Shown: positions 29,050 to 40,513, counted from the stretch's first letter. The stretch is 64,000 bases of DNA from Deltaproteobacteria bacterium (GCA_029262335.1 JAJCZQ010000026.1:24443-88442), one strand, 5' to 3'. Notes: a model not told the origin generated them from the letters alone. Numbers and translations are program-made.

Positions 29050-31697
29050 TCTGTAAAAATATTTTCTTTATTTTTTTGAAATATTTCCTTCCAAAGTTCA
29101 TAACCTTTTCTGCTCATATGGAGCTGGTCCGGGGTAAATAGTTCATCCCTGACATTACCATTTGAATCCAGCATTTCACTAAATACATCCAGATAACAGG
29201 TATACGGTTCATTTGAAAGGAACTGTCTTATAAGACTATTGGATGCTTCTATTCTGTCAATAAATGAATATCTTGCGGGACTGGGTTTAATCGATACAAA
29301 TGTAAATTTAGCTGTCGGGTATTTTTCTCTGAATTTATAATAAAAAGCCACAAACGAATTTAGTATCTGCTTTGGGACTTTGCCGTCACCAATGTCATTG
29401 TCACCTGCATAAAAGACAAGTGACTCTAAACTCTTTTGTCTGAAAAGCCTGTCAAAATAGTGCCTGCAGTAATCAATTCTTGACCCGCCAAATCCAAGAT
29501 TTAAAATATCATAATCTTCAAGGTCTTTTTTTAGCCCGTTCCATAACCTTATTGTAGAACTGCCGTAAAAAATATACTTCCTTTCCGGACTTCTTTTTAT
29601 TTGTCTTTCAAGGATCCTGATATCTTTTTCAAAAAGGTTTTTGTCTATTACAAAAGGGGCCGTTTTTACTTTTTCAAAAAAACTTAAATTAATTTTAGAA
29701 TTCTGTATCTCCGAGGCCTGTTCCACAGCTTCACTGATATAAGACCTGTATTTTTCTCTATAACCGGATAAAAATTCAAAAAGCATTTCCCGGCTGTCCT
29801 TATTACCATTGAGTATTTCAGAGATCCTGAAAGGTTTTTTTATAACAACTGATAACACACTCTGGTTTATCCTTTTATCAAAATTGGCTATCGCAATGGG
29901 AACAATTAAAGGTTCCGGTTCGATGGAAAGGGCGAGCGAAAAAGCACCCGGTTTAAATTCTCCGGGAGAAAGGTCCGTACTATGGCTTGTGCCTTCAGGG
30001 CTGAGTGCCAGGCTGACTCCATTTTTGATATAACTCCCGGCGGTTTTATAAAAGTTTTTCCTTCTTTCTATTTTATCACTCTTTGATTCTTCAATAAGCT
30101 CTGACTCTTTTGTATATACGTTTATATGCCCAAGCCTTTCATAATAGTTTTCATGCCCATACTCCTCGGCCTTTGGCACCCTGACCACCCTGATTGAAGG
30201 AGAGCCGTATTTCTTATAGAGGATCATCGAACTGATAAAATGAGAATCAAGTGTAATCTGGAAATTGTTTGGAAGGGTATTGTAGGGATGATTTACAAGA
30301 TGGTTATAAATAAAAATATTACCGGGACTGTCCGGCAAATTATCCCAGCCTGTAATTATATGGGGGACATTTTCAAATATTCCAATAAACTGCTTATCTG
30401 CAGACTCCCTTATTTCTTCCTCGCCAAGTTCCGAAGGTGCCTCTGTAACAGACTGGTAAACATGTTTAAGGCCCGCAAAGAAAGAGTATTCTTTATAGAC
30501 TTTTCCGAGGATATTCAAAATTAACCGTGCAATCCCCTTTTCGAGGGCTTCACCATTTTTTTCGAGTTTAAAAAGCAGGTTAAATGCGTCATCAAGTGTT
30601 AGCGGACTGTTCAGTAAGTGCGGCACCTTGTGAAGACCGGAATTAACACTGAGCTGGGTTGAGTTCTGCTCAATAATGTTTCTTACCGCTATAATTTCTC
30701 TCTCATAACTGTTTGATATAAGCCCGGCCCTTGCATTTCGGAGCCTAATTGACACTATCCACAACAGTCTCTTGGCAAGTGAAAGGGAAAGTTCGGGAGT
30801 ATTGTTAATAACCTTATCAATATCTGCTTTACTAATATGATAAATCACAGAATCCCTTGTAGCGGCCAGGGTAATATCATTTGTCATACCCGATGCCCCG
30901 CCTGCCCAGCCGACAACATAGCCTGGTGTGTCGATAAAACTGATTACTGATGATTCTTCTATAGTTAACTCCCTGTTCTCTTTATCCTTATGAAAACAGA
31001 TCGCGGTATTTCCGTACGCAAGCAGATATAGGCCATCAGCCTCTTCCTCCTGCTTATAAATAATATCACCCTTTATATACCACCTCTTCTGGGCGACCTT
31101 TGAGAGTTTTCTAATTATGGCTTCCGGGAATACTTCAAAAAAGGGTGAACTTCGAAAAAGTGCCAGTGCCTGCGGAACAACAATATTATCTACCGGATTC
31201 AGAAACCTGTATTTGCTGCCAATTTCGTGTTCCCAGTCCGCATTGTTAAGACCGGCGAGCTGGTCACGTACATGAGAAAGCAGATCCAGGCTCTTGTTTA
31301 AAATAAAGAACACAAATTCACAGCCCAGGGACGGCTCCTGTTCAAAGAACTGTTCAAGGTTGTCGTGGGACCATTTTATAAAAACACTTTTTTCCTCGCA
31401 CCTGACAGTTGTTGCATAACGCCTCGGGTGCCTGAATCCTGACCAGCCTATTGGGGTAAATTTTTTAGTGCTTTTTCCCACTGAAAACTCATCTGACTTG
31501 TCCTCAACACTGATACTGAAATTAACGTGGCCTTCCAGGAGGAAAAAAAGAGAGTGGCTGTTTTCATACTGCCTGGAAATTACATGGCCTTTTGATACTT
31601 CGGTAATTTCGGCAATCCTTGCCAGGAATTCAATTTTATTTTTATCAAAATTATTTGCGAATGGAAGTGATTTTATTATCTCTATTTTGTTATACAT
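29046..31697 (-). CDS. Fusion of two cNMP-binding-like domains, a PlsC-like acyltransferase and an SGNH/GDSL hydrolase
   Basis: Two CAP-ED repeats, NH...D and SPEGTS acyltransferase motifs, SGNH blocks GSST, GFGG, GDND and D.LH. Confidence 0.8.
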   Translation of the reverse strand: MYNKIEIIKSLPFANNFDKNKIEFLARIAEITEVSKGHVISRQYENSHSLFFLLEGHVNFSISVEDKSDEFSVGKSTKKFTPIGWSGFRHPRRYATTVRCEEKSVFIKWSHDNLEQFFEQEPSLGCEFVFFILNKSLDLLSHVRDQLAGLNNADWEHEIGSKYRFLNPVDNIVVPQALALFRSSPFFEVFPEAIIRKLSKVAQKRWYIKGDIIYKQEEEADGLYLLAYGNTAICFHKDKENRELTIEESSVISFIDTPGYVVGWAGGASGMTNDITLAATRDSVIYHISKADIDKVINNTPELSLSLAKRLLWIVSIRLRNARAGLISNSYEREIIAVRNIIEQNSTQLSVNSGLHKVPHLLNSPLTLDDAFNLLFKLEKNGEALEKGIARLILNILGKVYKEYSFFAGLKHVYQSVTEAPSELGEEEIRESADKQFIGIFENVPHIITGWDNLPDSPGNIFIYNHLVNHPYNTLPNNFQITLDSHFISSMILYKKYGSPSIRVVRVPKAEEYGHENYYERLGHINVYTKESELIEESKSDKIERRKNFYKTAGSYIKNGVSLALSPEGTSHSTDLSPGEFKPGAFSLALSIEPEPLIVPIAIANFDKRINQSVLSVVIKKPFRISEILNGNKDSREMLFEFLSGYREKYRSYISEAVEQASEIQNSKINLSFFEKVKTAPFVIDKNLFEKDIRILERQIKRSPERKYIFYGSSTIRLWNGLKKDLEDYDILNLGFGGSRIDYCRHYFDRLFRQKSLESLVFYAGDNDIGDGKVPKQILNSFVAFYYKFREKYPTAKFTFVSIKPSPARYSFIDRIEASNSLIRQFLSNEPYTCYLDVFSEMLDSNGNVRDELFTPDQLHMSRKGYELWKEIFQKNKENIFTD

Positions 31698-31732
31698 TTC
31701 AGATTTACCGGTTTGCTTTGTCCCAATATATA

Positions 31733-31747
31733 ACAAAGTTCATGCCA
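31733..31747 (-). promoter_or_regulatory. Possible sigma54 promoter with upstream palindrome at 31804-31830
   Basis: Minus strand TGGCATGAACTTTGT (-12 variant). Perfect inverted repeat AAATATGCTTAA-TTT-TTAAGCATATTT. Confidence 0.4.
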
Positions 31748-31891
31748 TATAAAATATTGTGTGATTGATGACAGTTACATAAAGCACTGAAGAACATTCA
31801 TCTAAATATGCTTAATTTTTAAGCATATTTACACCCTCTATTTTTAAAAACCTGCTATAAAATATTTATGGGTTCTGTAAAAAATAAAAAG

Positions 31892-31967
31892 TGGTGGAGC
31901 CGATCGGGATCGAACCGACGACCTCATGAATGCCATTCATGCGCTCTCCCAACTGAGCTACGGCCCC
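31892..31967 (-). tRNA. tRNA-Ala(GGC)
   Basis: GGGGCCGTAGCTCAG..., anticodon arm CATGA-ATGGCAT-TCATG, G3-U70 pair, encoded CCA. Confidence 0.98.
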
Positions 31968-32019
31968 TTATAGAAGTATTAATTTTAGAAACATTATTTT
32001 TACTGTAAAAGCGTTTTTT

Positions 32020-33168
32020 TCAACCGGTAAAACGTTTTTTTAAAAATAAATAAAAACCCGGTAAAAAAGAGATAATAAAAGTTAACGGCATAAGTGAAGT
32101 TATTCCATAAATAAAATCCATACCACTCCCGGGCTTGTTACCCATTGCGGCAAATCTGAGTTTATTATTTTCTTCAATACCTAAAGTACCCGGAGTGTTC
32201 TCAACCCATTTGATTCTCTGAAACCAGTCCAGAAGTTTTCCGATTGAAACAACTACTCGGTGAAACATATTTTTATAGTCATAATAAACTGTATTCATTT
32301 TTGATTCGGGATATATAAAGACTATATAAAGCACCATCATTTGAAGGGAGAATGTGGCAACTCCTATTGTCAGGTCAATTCCAAGATGCAGGATAATTCC
32401 CATCAAAATTGTAAACCTTCTCAGTCTTGGTATCCATAAGCCAAAAGCCAGCAGGCCTTCTGCAAACAATGTAAACGGGCCGAGTGACCTCCAGAAATAT
32501 TCAAGGTATTCACCACTTAGAGCTGAGTTTATAAAGTCCGGGAAATCACCCCTGATTGTTCTTTCACTCAGGAACAACAGTATGATATCGCCGGAAAGCC
32601 AGGAGTAATTTAGTTTCTGAATAAAACTAAAACTGTAAACAATACTAATCAGCACCTGTAAAAGTCTTATTGGTAGGATTTTACCCTTTTTATTTTTATT
32701 CTTATAAATTAAGGAATCAATGCTGTAATGGTCATTGCATCTGCTGAACCCAAGTATCAGCATTACAATGACAAATAAAAAAGTGTGGTGATGGTAGTTG
32801 AACTGGCTAAGAAAAAAAAGGTATGCAAAGGTAACAGAAATGAAAATACCTATATACCTTGTAAAAATCCCGAGTATAAAAAACACTGAGGCAATAAGTA
32901 AAAGTTCTTCTAAAAATTGGTAATGAAACAGATCAGGTACCGGGAGCCATTCAAATCCGGGCACAGGATTTACAAAACCATCAAAATGATAATTCTTTAA
33001 TGAGGGAAAACTGTACTTAGGAAAACGAAACCACATCTCACCTGGTCTTTGCAGATTATGAAACCCTGTAAGTTTAAAGAAAAAAACAGTTCCAAAAAAT
33101 ATTCTAAGGAGGCAAAGACTTTGACGCGACCTCTCATCAAACCAGAATTTGTTCCATTTATTTATCAA
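32020..33168 (-). CDS. HTTM-domain (vitamin K-dependent carboxylase-like/SdpB-like) membrane protein with degenerate DCC1-like tail
   Basis: L.LLRI..G, YHHH, SIDS, Q....Y....QKL...WL.G and LH..I motifs. Confidence 0.8.
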   Translation of the reverse strand: MINKWNKFWFDERSRQSLCLLRIFFGTVFFFKLTGFHNLQRPGEMWFRFPKYSFPSLKNYHFDGFVNPVPGFEWLPVPDLFHYQFLEELLLIASVFFILGIFTRYIGIFISVTFAYLFFLSQFNYHHHTFLFVIVMLILGFSRCNDHYSIDSLIYKNKNKKGKILPIRLLQVLISIVYSFSFIQKLNYSWLSGDIILLFLSERTIRGDFPDFINSALSGEYLEYFWRSLGPFTLFAEGLLAFGLWIPRLRRFTILMGIILHLGIDLTIGVATFSLQMMVLYIVFIYPESKMNTVYYDYKNMFHRVVVSIGKLLDWFQRIKWVENTPGTLGIEENNKLRFAAMGNKPGSGMDFIYGITSLMPLTFIISFLPGFYLFLKKRFTG

Positions 33169-33175
33169 TATAAAT

Positions 33176-33625
33176 TTAGTCCCCTGGTTGTTCAGGATAT
33201 TCTATTACAACAAAAGTAGTTCCTTCATTGTTCTTTGAAAAATTGAGCCTGCTGTTAATCCTGTATAATAATTCGGCCCTGAAGGTATTAAAGTCCTCAT
33301 CTATTTTTTTATTGTTATACATATAGCGCGTATAATTTCTTATCCACGACCGAAGGGCCCCATCGGAATACCTTGTCTTTCCGCTTCTCTTTAATTTTTT
33401 TCTTACTTTACCGCTTAGTTCCTTACCGGGTTTATATCTTACTTTTTCACCGTTCTCTTTGACCCAGTAATAGTTGACCTTAAATGCGACCTGTTTTGAG
33501 AATGTACCCCAGCCGTACCTGTTATCATCGGTTACAACCGACCTTACTCCGAGGGGTATTAATATGACTATCAGGAGTATTATTGGAATATTCCACCACC
33601 ACCTGATTTTCTGTTTTTCTTCCAT
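33176..33625 (-). CDS. Membrane-anchored basic protein, probable HTTM partner
   Basis: One TM helix, RYGWGTFS motif, 7 nt from the HTTM gene. Confidence 0.7.
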   Translation of the reverse strand: MEEKQKIRWWWNIPIILLIVILIPLGVRSVVTDDNRYGWGTFSKQVAFKVNYYWVKENGEKVRYKPGKELSGKVRKKLKRSGKTRYSDGALRSWIRNYTRYMYNNKKIDEDFNTFRAELLYRINSRLNFSKNNEGTTFVVIEYPEQPGD

Positions 33626-33711
33626 TATTAACTAAAATTATAACCAGCAATTCAATGTAGTATTAAATTATGTATAATTTTCTTTTTTTATAATTCGCAA
33701 GGAGCTTTTTA

Positions 33712-35007
33712 ATGAAATCAATAAACGTAGGACTAATAGGTGCAGGTACCGTTGGAACAGGTGTCTACAAAATATTAAAAGACAATATCAGTCTTATCAG
33801 AAAAAGAAGACAGTTTGATGTTAAGGTGAAAAAAATTGCCGATATTGCACCCACCAGAAAAAGGGCGGTAAAAATTCCCGCATCTTTATTTACAAAAGAT
33901 GCTTACGATCTTATTAACGATCCGGAAATTGATGTAATTATTGAGCTGGTCGGCGGGACTAAAATTGCCAAAAAATTTGTTATAGATGCCCTTAAAGCAG
34001 GCAAACACGTTGTTACTGCCAACAAAGCACTCCTGGCCCATCATGGCAAAGAGATATTCGGGCTTGCAGCAAAAAAAGGACTTGGCGTGGGTTTTGAAGC
34101 AAGTGTCGGCGGGGGAATCCCGATAATACAATCTGCCATGGAAGGTTATGTTGGAAACAATATTGTTTCTATCCATGGAATTATGAACGGCACCTCCAAT
34201 TATATTCTTTACAAAATGACTGAAGAAGGACTCGATTTTAATACAGTATTAAAGCAGGCACAGGACGAAGGATATGCAGAGGCTGACCCTGGATTTGATA
34301 TAGACGGCGTAGACGCTGCCCACAAGCTTTCAATCCTTGTTATGCTCAGTTGGGGTAAATTTTATAAATTTTCAAGTTACCATGTGGAAGGTATTAGAAA
34401 CATAAACCCGCTTGATATCTCCCTTGCCGATGAGCTTGGTTATAAAATAAAACTCCTCGCAATTGCCAAGCAGACAAAGGCCGGAATCGAAGCCGGTGTA
34501 TATCCTGCACTTGTAAAAAAAGGGACCCAGCTTGCAGATGTAAAAGAAGCATTTAATGCAATCTATGTTGTAGGAGATGCCGTAGGCCCAACAATGCTAT
34601 ACGGACAGGGTGCAGGAATGATGCCAACTGCAAGTGCTGTAGTAAGTGATATTGTTGAAATTTGCGGCAATCATTGCAACTCTGATTCTCCGCTTGTACC
34701 AAACCTTTATGCTGAAAAAGAAAAATTAAACCTTGTAGACCTAAAAGATACTTCAAACAAGTACTACCTTAGATTTGAAGTAATAGACAAACCGGGAGTC
34801 CTTGGTTCAATTACCGGCATACTTGGCAAACACAACATAAGTATTGCGTCCATGATACAAAAAGGGAAAAAGGGCAGGTCCGTACCTATTGTGCTGATGA
34901 CACATGAGGCAGTGGAAAATAACCTTTTAAGGGCCATAAAAGAAATTGAACGCAGAAAAAACCTGACAAAAGCCAAAACACTTTTTATAAGGGTTGAAGA
35001 AATTTAA
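33712..35007 (+). CDS. hom: Homoserine dehydrogenase with ACT domain
   Basis: GAGTVG, TANK, EASVGGGIP and GYAEADP motifs. Confidence 0.97.
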   Translation: MKSINVGLIGAGTVGTGVYKILKDNISLIRKRRQFDVKVKKIADIAPTRKRAVKIPASLFTKDAYDLINDPEIDVIIELVGGTKIAKKFVIDALKAGKHVVTANKALLAHHGKEIFGLAAKKGLGVGFEASVGGGIPIIQSAMEGYVGNNIVSIHGIMNGTSNYILYKMTEEGLDFNTVLKQAQDEGYAEADPGFDIDGVDAAHKLSILVMLSWGKFYKFSSYHVEGIRNINPLDISLADELGYKIKLLAIAKQTKAGIEAGVYPALVKKGTQLADVKEAFNAIYVVGDAVGPTMLYGQGAGMMPTASAVVSDIVEICGNHCNSDSPLVPNLYAEKEKLNLVDLKDTSNKYYLRFEVIDKPGVLGSITGILGKHNISIASMIQKGKKGRSVPIVLMTHEAVENNLLRAIKEIERRKNLTKAKTLFIRVEEI

Positions 35008-35014
35008 TATAGAT

Positions 35015-36073
35015 ATGAGTCAAAATAATATTGATTCTAATATTCACAGGAAAATTTTTGAATCGTTTAAAGACGGCCTCATAATCACAGATGAGGATCT
35101 GAATATTATTGACCTCAACGATGCCGGCGAGATTCTTATAAATACTTCAAAAAAAAAGATAACAGGGACCTGCTGCTCAAAAATTCTTCCTGAAGAACAA
35201 TTTTTACAGGCAGAAAAATCACTTTCAGAAGAAAGGGACATAACTGAAGATGAAGTTGAACTAAGAATTTATCCGCATGAACCCGTGCTTCTCCAGATCA
35301 CTTTTTCACCTTATTATTCTAATACAGGAAAGACCGAAGGCGTGATAATTCAGCTTAAGGATATTGAAGGTATAAAATTCCTGAGCGGTTACAACACCCA
35401 GCAGTCTATTACATCCAATTTTGAAAATCTTTTACTCGGCATGGCCCACGAACTTAAGAACCCGCTTAGCGGAATCAAAGGGGCAGCCCAGCTTCTTAAA
35501 AACAAGCCTTCAGGCAAAGAGTTAACAAAATGTTCTGAGATAATTACAAAGGAAGCAGACCGCTTAATAGATCTCCTTGAAAGAATGAAGAGGATCGATG
35601 ATTTTGCAGAAGAGCAGTTTGAAGAGTTTGATATTCACGAAATTTTATTTGATATAATTTACCTCGAATCAAAAACCGGGGAGAAAAACATAAATTTTGA
35701 AAAAAACTTTGATGTGGCACTCCCTCCTATCCGCGGCGATGAAAACTCTGTAAAACAGGTATTCATTAATATAATAAAAAATGCCGTACAGGCTGTTGAA
35801 GCTGATGGAGAGATCAACATAGTCTCAAGGTGGGTAAGTGATTACAAAATAAAATCCAACTCGGCAATCATGGTCTCTATTTCGGATAACGGCCCCGGAA
35901 TACCGGCTGATGAACTTGCACATGTATTTACACCTTTCTTTAGTACAAAGAGTGGAGGCACAGGCCTTGGGCTTTTTATTTCAAACCAGATAATATCAAA
36001 ACACGGTGGTGCAATATTTTTGGAAAGTGAAGTTGGGATCGGTTCGGAATTCAAAATTTATCTTCCCGCCTAG
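35015..36073 (+). CDS. ntrB: Nitrogen regulation sensor kinase NtrB
   Basis: PAS domain, AHELKNPL H-box, GTGLGL. Upstream of an NtrC-type regulator and near glnB-glnA. Confidence 0.85.
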   Translation: MSQNNIDSNIHRKIFESFKDGLIITDEDLNIIDLNDAGEILINTSKKKITGTCCSKILPEEQFLQAEKSLSEERDITEDEVELRIYPHEPVLLQITFSPYYSNTGKTEGVIIQLKDIEGIKFLSGYNTQQSITSNFENLLLGMAHELKNPLSGIKGAAQLLKNKPSGKELTKCSEIITKEADRLIDLLERMKRIDDFAEEQFEEFDIHEILFDIIYLESKTGEKNINFEKNFDVALPPIRGDENSVKQVFINIIKNAVQAVEADGEINIVSRWVSDYKIKSNSAIMVSISDNGPGIPADELAHVFTPFFSTKSGGTGLGLFISNQIISKHGGAIFLESEVGIGSEFKIYLPA

Positions 36074-36122
36074 TAAGATTATATATTTGTGTATAGTCTA
36101 AACATCTGAACCAGGACGTATT

Positions 36123-37544
36123 ATGAAAAAAAGAATTTTAGTAGCAGACGATGAAGAGAGTATTAGGTGGGTACTAAGTACATCACTCGAAAAACAGGGT
36201 TATGAAGTCGACCTTGGAGTAAACGGTACTGAAGCACTCGAAAAAGCCTTAACCAATAATTATTCTCTTATTATTCTGGATATAAATATGCCGGACATAA
36301 GCGGTTTGTCTGTCCTTAAAGAGCTCAAGGAAAACAACTATGAACGGCCGATTGTACTGATTACAGCACAGAACACTGTAAACAATGCAATCACCGGGAT
36401 TAAGCTCGGCGCATATGACTATATTGCAAAACCTTTTGATCTTGATGAAGTAAACACTCTTGTTGCAAAAATCATTGCCAACTTTACTCAAAACGAAAAA
36501 GCCCGGAAGAAGAAAACCGTTGAAGTTACCGAAAGCGAACTTAACCTTGGAATTATTGTAGGAAAATCCCCCGAGATGCTCGACATATATAAAACCGTTG
36601 GAAGAATAGCGGACAAGGATATTACAGTCTTAATTACGGGCGAAAGCGGTACTGGAAAAGAACTAATAACACGTGCACTGCACTCAAACAGCGGACGTAG
36701 TGATGAAAAACTCGTCTCGGTAAATATTTCTGCTATCCCAAAAGATTTGATTGAAAGTGAACTTTTTGGCCATGAGAAAGGCGCTTTTACAGGGGCACAA
36801 AATGCAAAGAAAGGAAGGTTCGAGGAAGCTGACAAAGGTACTCTTCACATTGACGAAATAGGGGAAATGTCGGCCGACCTCCAGTCAAAGCTGCTTAGGG
36901 TTTTGGAAGAAAACAAGTTTTACAGACTTGGAAGTGAAACACCTCTGGAAGTTGACGTCAGGATTGTGGCATCAACAAACCGTGATCTGAATGCAGAGAT
37001 TGAAAACGGAAATTTCAGGGAAGACCTGTTTTACAGGTTAAATGCAATTAGCATTAAACTCCCTCCTCTCAGAAACAGGAAAGAAGATATACCGATACTG
37101 CTTGAGTTTTTTAACAATAAATATTCCGAAACCTTTAAAATTGAAAAGAAGGTCTTTTCAAAAGATACACTTAAAACACTTATCGACTATTCATGGCCCG
37201 GAAATGTCAGGGAACTGGAAAACACAATTAAGAGGGTCATTTTACTTACTCCCGATAAAGTTATTAACCCCGACCATCTATTGGAACAGGCACCTCATAT
37301 AATAAAAGGGGCAACTGCAAGGGGAGGAAGCAATCAGGCAATAAGCGACATTGTAAACAACCTTGTTTCTAATCTTGAGGAATCATCGGGAAATGTCTAC
37401 ACGGATATAATCAACAAATTTGAGAAGCAGCTTCTTGAAATAATTCTTGATCAGACTAATGGGAATAAGAAGAAAGCTGCGGAGATACTTGGTATAAACC
37501 GTAATACCCTTGCAAAGAAACTTACAGAGTTTGACCTGAACTAG
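36123..37544 (+). CDS. ntrC: sigma54-dependent response regulator NtrC
   Basis: Receiver, GESGTGKE, GAFTGA and Fis-type HTH (LGINRNTL). Confidence 0.88.
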   Translation: MKKRILVADDEESIRWVLSTSLEKQGYEVDLGVNGTEALEKALTNNYSLIILDINMPDISGLSVLKELKENNYERPIVLITAQNTVNNAITGIKLGAYDYIAKPFDLDEVNTLVAKIIANFTQNEKARKKKTVEVTESELNLGIIVGKSPEMLDIYKTVGRIADKDITVLITGESGTGKELITRALHSNSGRSDEKLVSVNISAIPKDLIESELFGHEKGAFTGAQNAKKGRFEEADKGTLHIDEIGEMSADLQSKLLRVLEENKFYRLGSETPLEVDVRIVASTNRDLNAEIENGNFREDLFYRLNAISIKLPPLRNRKEDIPILLEFFNNKYSETFKIEKKVFSKDTLKTLIDYSWPGNVRELENTIKRVILLTPDKVINPDHLLEQAPHIIKGATARGGSNQAISDIVNNLVSNLEESSGNVYTDIINKFEKQLLEIILDQTNGNKKKAAEILGINRNTLAKKLTEFDLN

Positions 37545-38205
37545 TCAATTTCTTTTTCAATTCAGATAATGCAATTTTTGCGGCGGCCTGTTCTGCCTGT
37601 TTTTTGTTTTTCCCCTTACCTTCACCCATAAACTTTGAATTTATTTCAACTTTTATCTCAAAGCTTTTATTGTGCGGCGGGCCCTCTTCCTTAATTACAG
37701 AGTACCTTGGTATCTGGCGAAATTTCTTTTGTGCAACTTCCTGTAGCTTGGTCTTAAAATCGAGGAATATTTCCTCATTTGTTATGCAGTCTTTAATGAT
37801 TTTTTTGATAATATTAAAAGATTTCCTATAACCGCCATCAATATATACCGCACCAATTACCGCTTCGAATGTACCGGCAAGGTTAGACACCCTTTCTCTG
37901 CCCCCTGTATTTTCTTCTCCCTTTCCAAGCAGTACCTGCTTATCTATTCTCAGTTTAGCAGCATATTTTGCAAAATTAGCCCGGCTTACAATGGAACTTC
38001 TGATTTTGGAAAGCTCACCCTCTGTATGGTGGGGATACATATCAAACAGTACCCTGGCAACAACACAGCCGAGTATGGCATCACCCAGGTATTCAAGCCT
38101 TTCATTACTTTCTACCGAGGTTTCATTGGCAAATGAGCTATGGGTTAAAGCAGTTTTTAGCAGGGATCTATCTTTGAACTTATAATCTAATTTCTTTTCA
38201 ATCAT
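37522..38205 (-). CDS. rnc: Ribonuclease III
   Basis: NERLEYLGDA signature plus dsRBD. Confidence 0.97.
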   Translation of the reverse strand: MIEKKLDYKFKDRSLLKTALTHSSFANETSVESNERLEYLGDAILGCVVARVLFDMYPHHTEGELSKIRSSIVSRANFAKYAAKLRIDKQVLLGKGEENTGGRERVSNLAGTFEAVIGAVYIDGGYRKSFNIIKKIIKDCITNEEIFLDFKTKLQEVAQKKFRQIPRYSVIKEEGPPHNKSFEIKVEINSKFMGEGKGKNKKQAEQAAAKIALSELKKKLTSSGQTL

Positions 38206-38321
38206 TAGTAGAAAAAGCTAACATAACTCAAATCAAAATCAATCTGGAGCTGTATAATAAATTTCTCTAAATCTCAGCAATAATATTTAATGCCTTATAT
38301 GACTAAAAAATAACAACTTTA

Positions 38322-38338
38322 TGCCCAAAAAAGAGGCA
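38322..38338. promoter_or_regulatory. NtrC-like binding site upstream of glnB
   Basis: TGCCCAAAAAAGAGGCA (TGC-N11-GCA), 184 bp upstream of the -24 GG. Confidence 0.6.
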
Positions 38339-38520
38339 CAAACATGTTCTTTGTTTCAGTAAAAAAAAAGGCAAAATTGTAGTAAAATTTATATTATTTT
38401 TTTTTAGGATTTTAAAACAAGCAAATATTCAATAATTATAGACTTTTATATTGTTTTTAAATGAGTTTTATAATAAGATATTAACAGAGTTGGGGTTTTA
38501 TAGAATAATTTTTGCAAAAG

Positions 38521-38536
38521 TGGTATGTTGTTTGCA
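38521..38536 (+). promoter_or_regulatory. sigma54 promoter of glnB-glnA
   Basis: TGGTATGTTGTTTGCA, GG-N10-GC. Confidence 0.75.
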
Positions 38537-38571
38537 ATTAACTGTATTCAATATCACTAATTATGATATAA

Positions 38572-38937
<366 letters not shown>

Positions 38938-39011
38938 TAACAATAGAAGATACTTCTATCTTTACTTAAAGGAGAAAAGTAATGCCCACACAAAAAAAAG
39001 GAGGTGAAACT

Positions 39012-40436
39012 GTGTCTACACCAAAGAATGGAACAGATGTCCTCAAAATCATAAAAGACAAAAAAATCGAATTTGTTGATTTCAGGTTTTTAGATTTTGT
39101 AGGAATGTGGCAACATTTTACAATCACATCAAAAGAGGTCGACAAAGACACTTTTGATTCAGGTTTAGGATTTGATGGATCAAGTATCAGGGGATGGCAG
39201 TCAATCCACGCAAGCGATATGCTTGTGGTACCAGACCCGACTTCAGCTAAAATTGACCCATTTATGGTAAGGCCAACTATAGCTATTATTTGTGATATTG
39301 AAGACCCAATTACAAGGGAAGCATATTCACGTGACCCGAGAAATATTTCAAAGAAAGCTCTGGCTTATCTTAAAAGGACAGGAATCGCTGATTCAGCATT
39401 CTTTGGCCCTGAACTTGAGTTTTTTATATTTGACGATGTAAGATATGACCAGACTTCAAACTCAGGCTACTACTTTGTAGATTCAACTGAAGGTATCTGG
39501 AACTCCGGCAGGGAAGAATATCCAAACCTTGCTTACAAACCAAGACATAAAGAAGGATATTTCCCAACTCCACCTGCTGACAGCATGCACGACATAAGGT
39601 CAGAGATGGTAAGCATACTCGAAACACTTGGAATATCCTGTGAAGCACATCACCACGAAGTAGCAACAGGTGGACAGCAGGAAATTGACATGCGTTTTGC
39701 CCCGATGCTCGAAATGGGTGACAACATGATGTGGTATAAATACGTTGTAAAAAATGTAGCACGCAAAAACGGAAAAACTGTTACTTTCATGCCTAAACCA
39801 CTTTATGAAGACAACGGTTCGGGTATGCATATTCACCAGTCACTCTGGAAAAAAGGTAAGCCCTTATTTGCCGGAAAAGGTTATGCCGGAATGAGCGACA
39901 TGGCTATGCACTATATTGCGGGAATTCTAAAACACGCAAGAGCCATCTGTGCATTCAGCAACCCTTCAACAAATTCATACAGAAGGCTTGTCCCCGGATT
40001 TGAAGCACCTGTAAACCTTGCATACTCTGCAAGAAACAGAAGTGCTGCGGTAAGGATCCCGATGTATTCCCCAAGCCCTAAAGCAAAAAGACTGGAAACA
40101 AGGTTCCCTGACCCATCATGTAACGGTTACCTTACTTTCTCTGCAATGCTTATGGCAGGACTCGACGGTATTGAAAACAAGCTAAACCCAGGAGACCCTC
40201 TTGATAAAGACATCTATTCATTAGGCCCCGAGGAACTGGCTGGTATTCCAAATGTGCCTGCATCTCTTGAAGAAGCACTTACGGCACTAAAAGATGATCA
40301 TGACTTCCTTCTTAAAGGAGATGTATTTACGGAAGATGTGATATCAACATGGATAGAGTATAAGATGGACGAGGAAGTTAACCCAATGAGGTTAAGGCCC
40401 GTACCACATGAGTTCATGCTCTATTTTGATGTATAA
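39012..40436 (+). CDS. glnA: Glutamine synthetase type I
   Basis: FDGSSI, HHHEVA, FMPKP and DNGSGMH motifs. GTG 39012 has SD GGAGGTG; an in-frame ATG at 38982 is an alternative start. Confidence 0.98.
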   Translation: MSTPKNGTDVLKIIKDKKIEFVDFRFLDFVGMWQHFTITSKEVDKDTFDSGLGFDGSSIRGWQSIHASDMLVVPDPTSAKIDPFMVRPTIAIICDIEDPITREAYSRDPRNISKKALAYLKRTGIADSAFFGPELEFFIFDDVRYDQTSNSGYYFVDSTEGIWNSGREEYPNLAYKPRHKEGYFPTPPADSMHDIRSEMVSILETLGISCEAHHHEVATGGQQEIDMRFAPMLEMGDNMMWYKYVVKNVARKNGKTVTFMPKPLYEDNGSGMHIHQSLWKKGKPLFAGKGYAGMSDMAMHYIAGILKHARAICAFSNPSTNSYRRLVPGFEAPVNLAYSARNRSAAVRIPMYSPSPKAKRLETRFPDPSCNGYLTFSAMLMAGLDGIENKLNPGDPLDKDIYSLGPEELAGIPNVPASLEEALTALKDDHDFLLKGDVFTEDVISTWIEYKMDEEVNPMRLRPVPHEFMLYFDV

Positions 40437-40464
40437 TCAGAAAACAAAATAAGCATAAAATTAG

Positions 40465-40497
40465 AAACGGCAGGCTTTTAAACCTGCCGTTTTTTTA
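40465..40497. terminator. Intrinsic terminator between glnA and nuoL
   Basis: AAACGGCAGG...CCTGCCGTTT followed by a T-tract. Confidence 0.8.
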
Positions 40498-40513
40498 TGT
40501 CCGGAATTTAATT

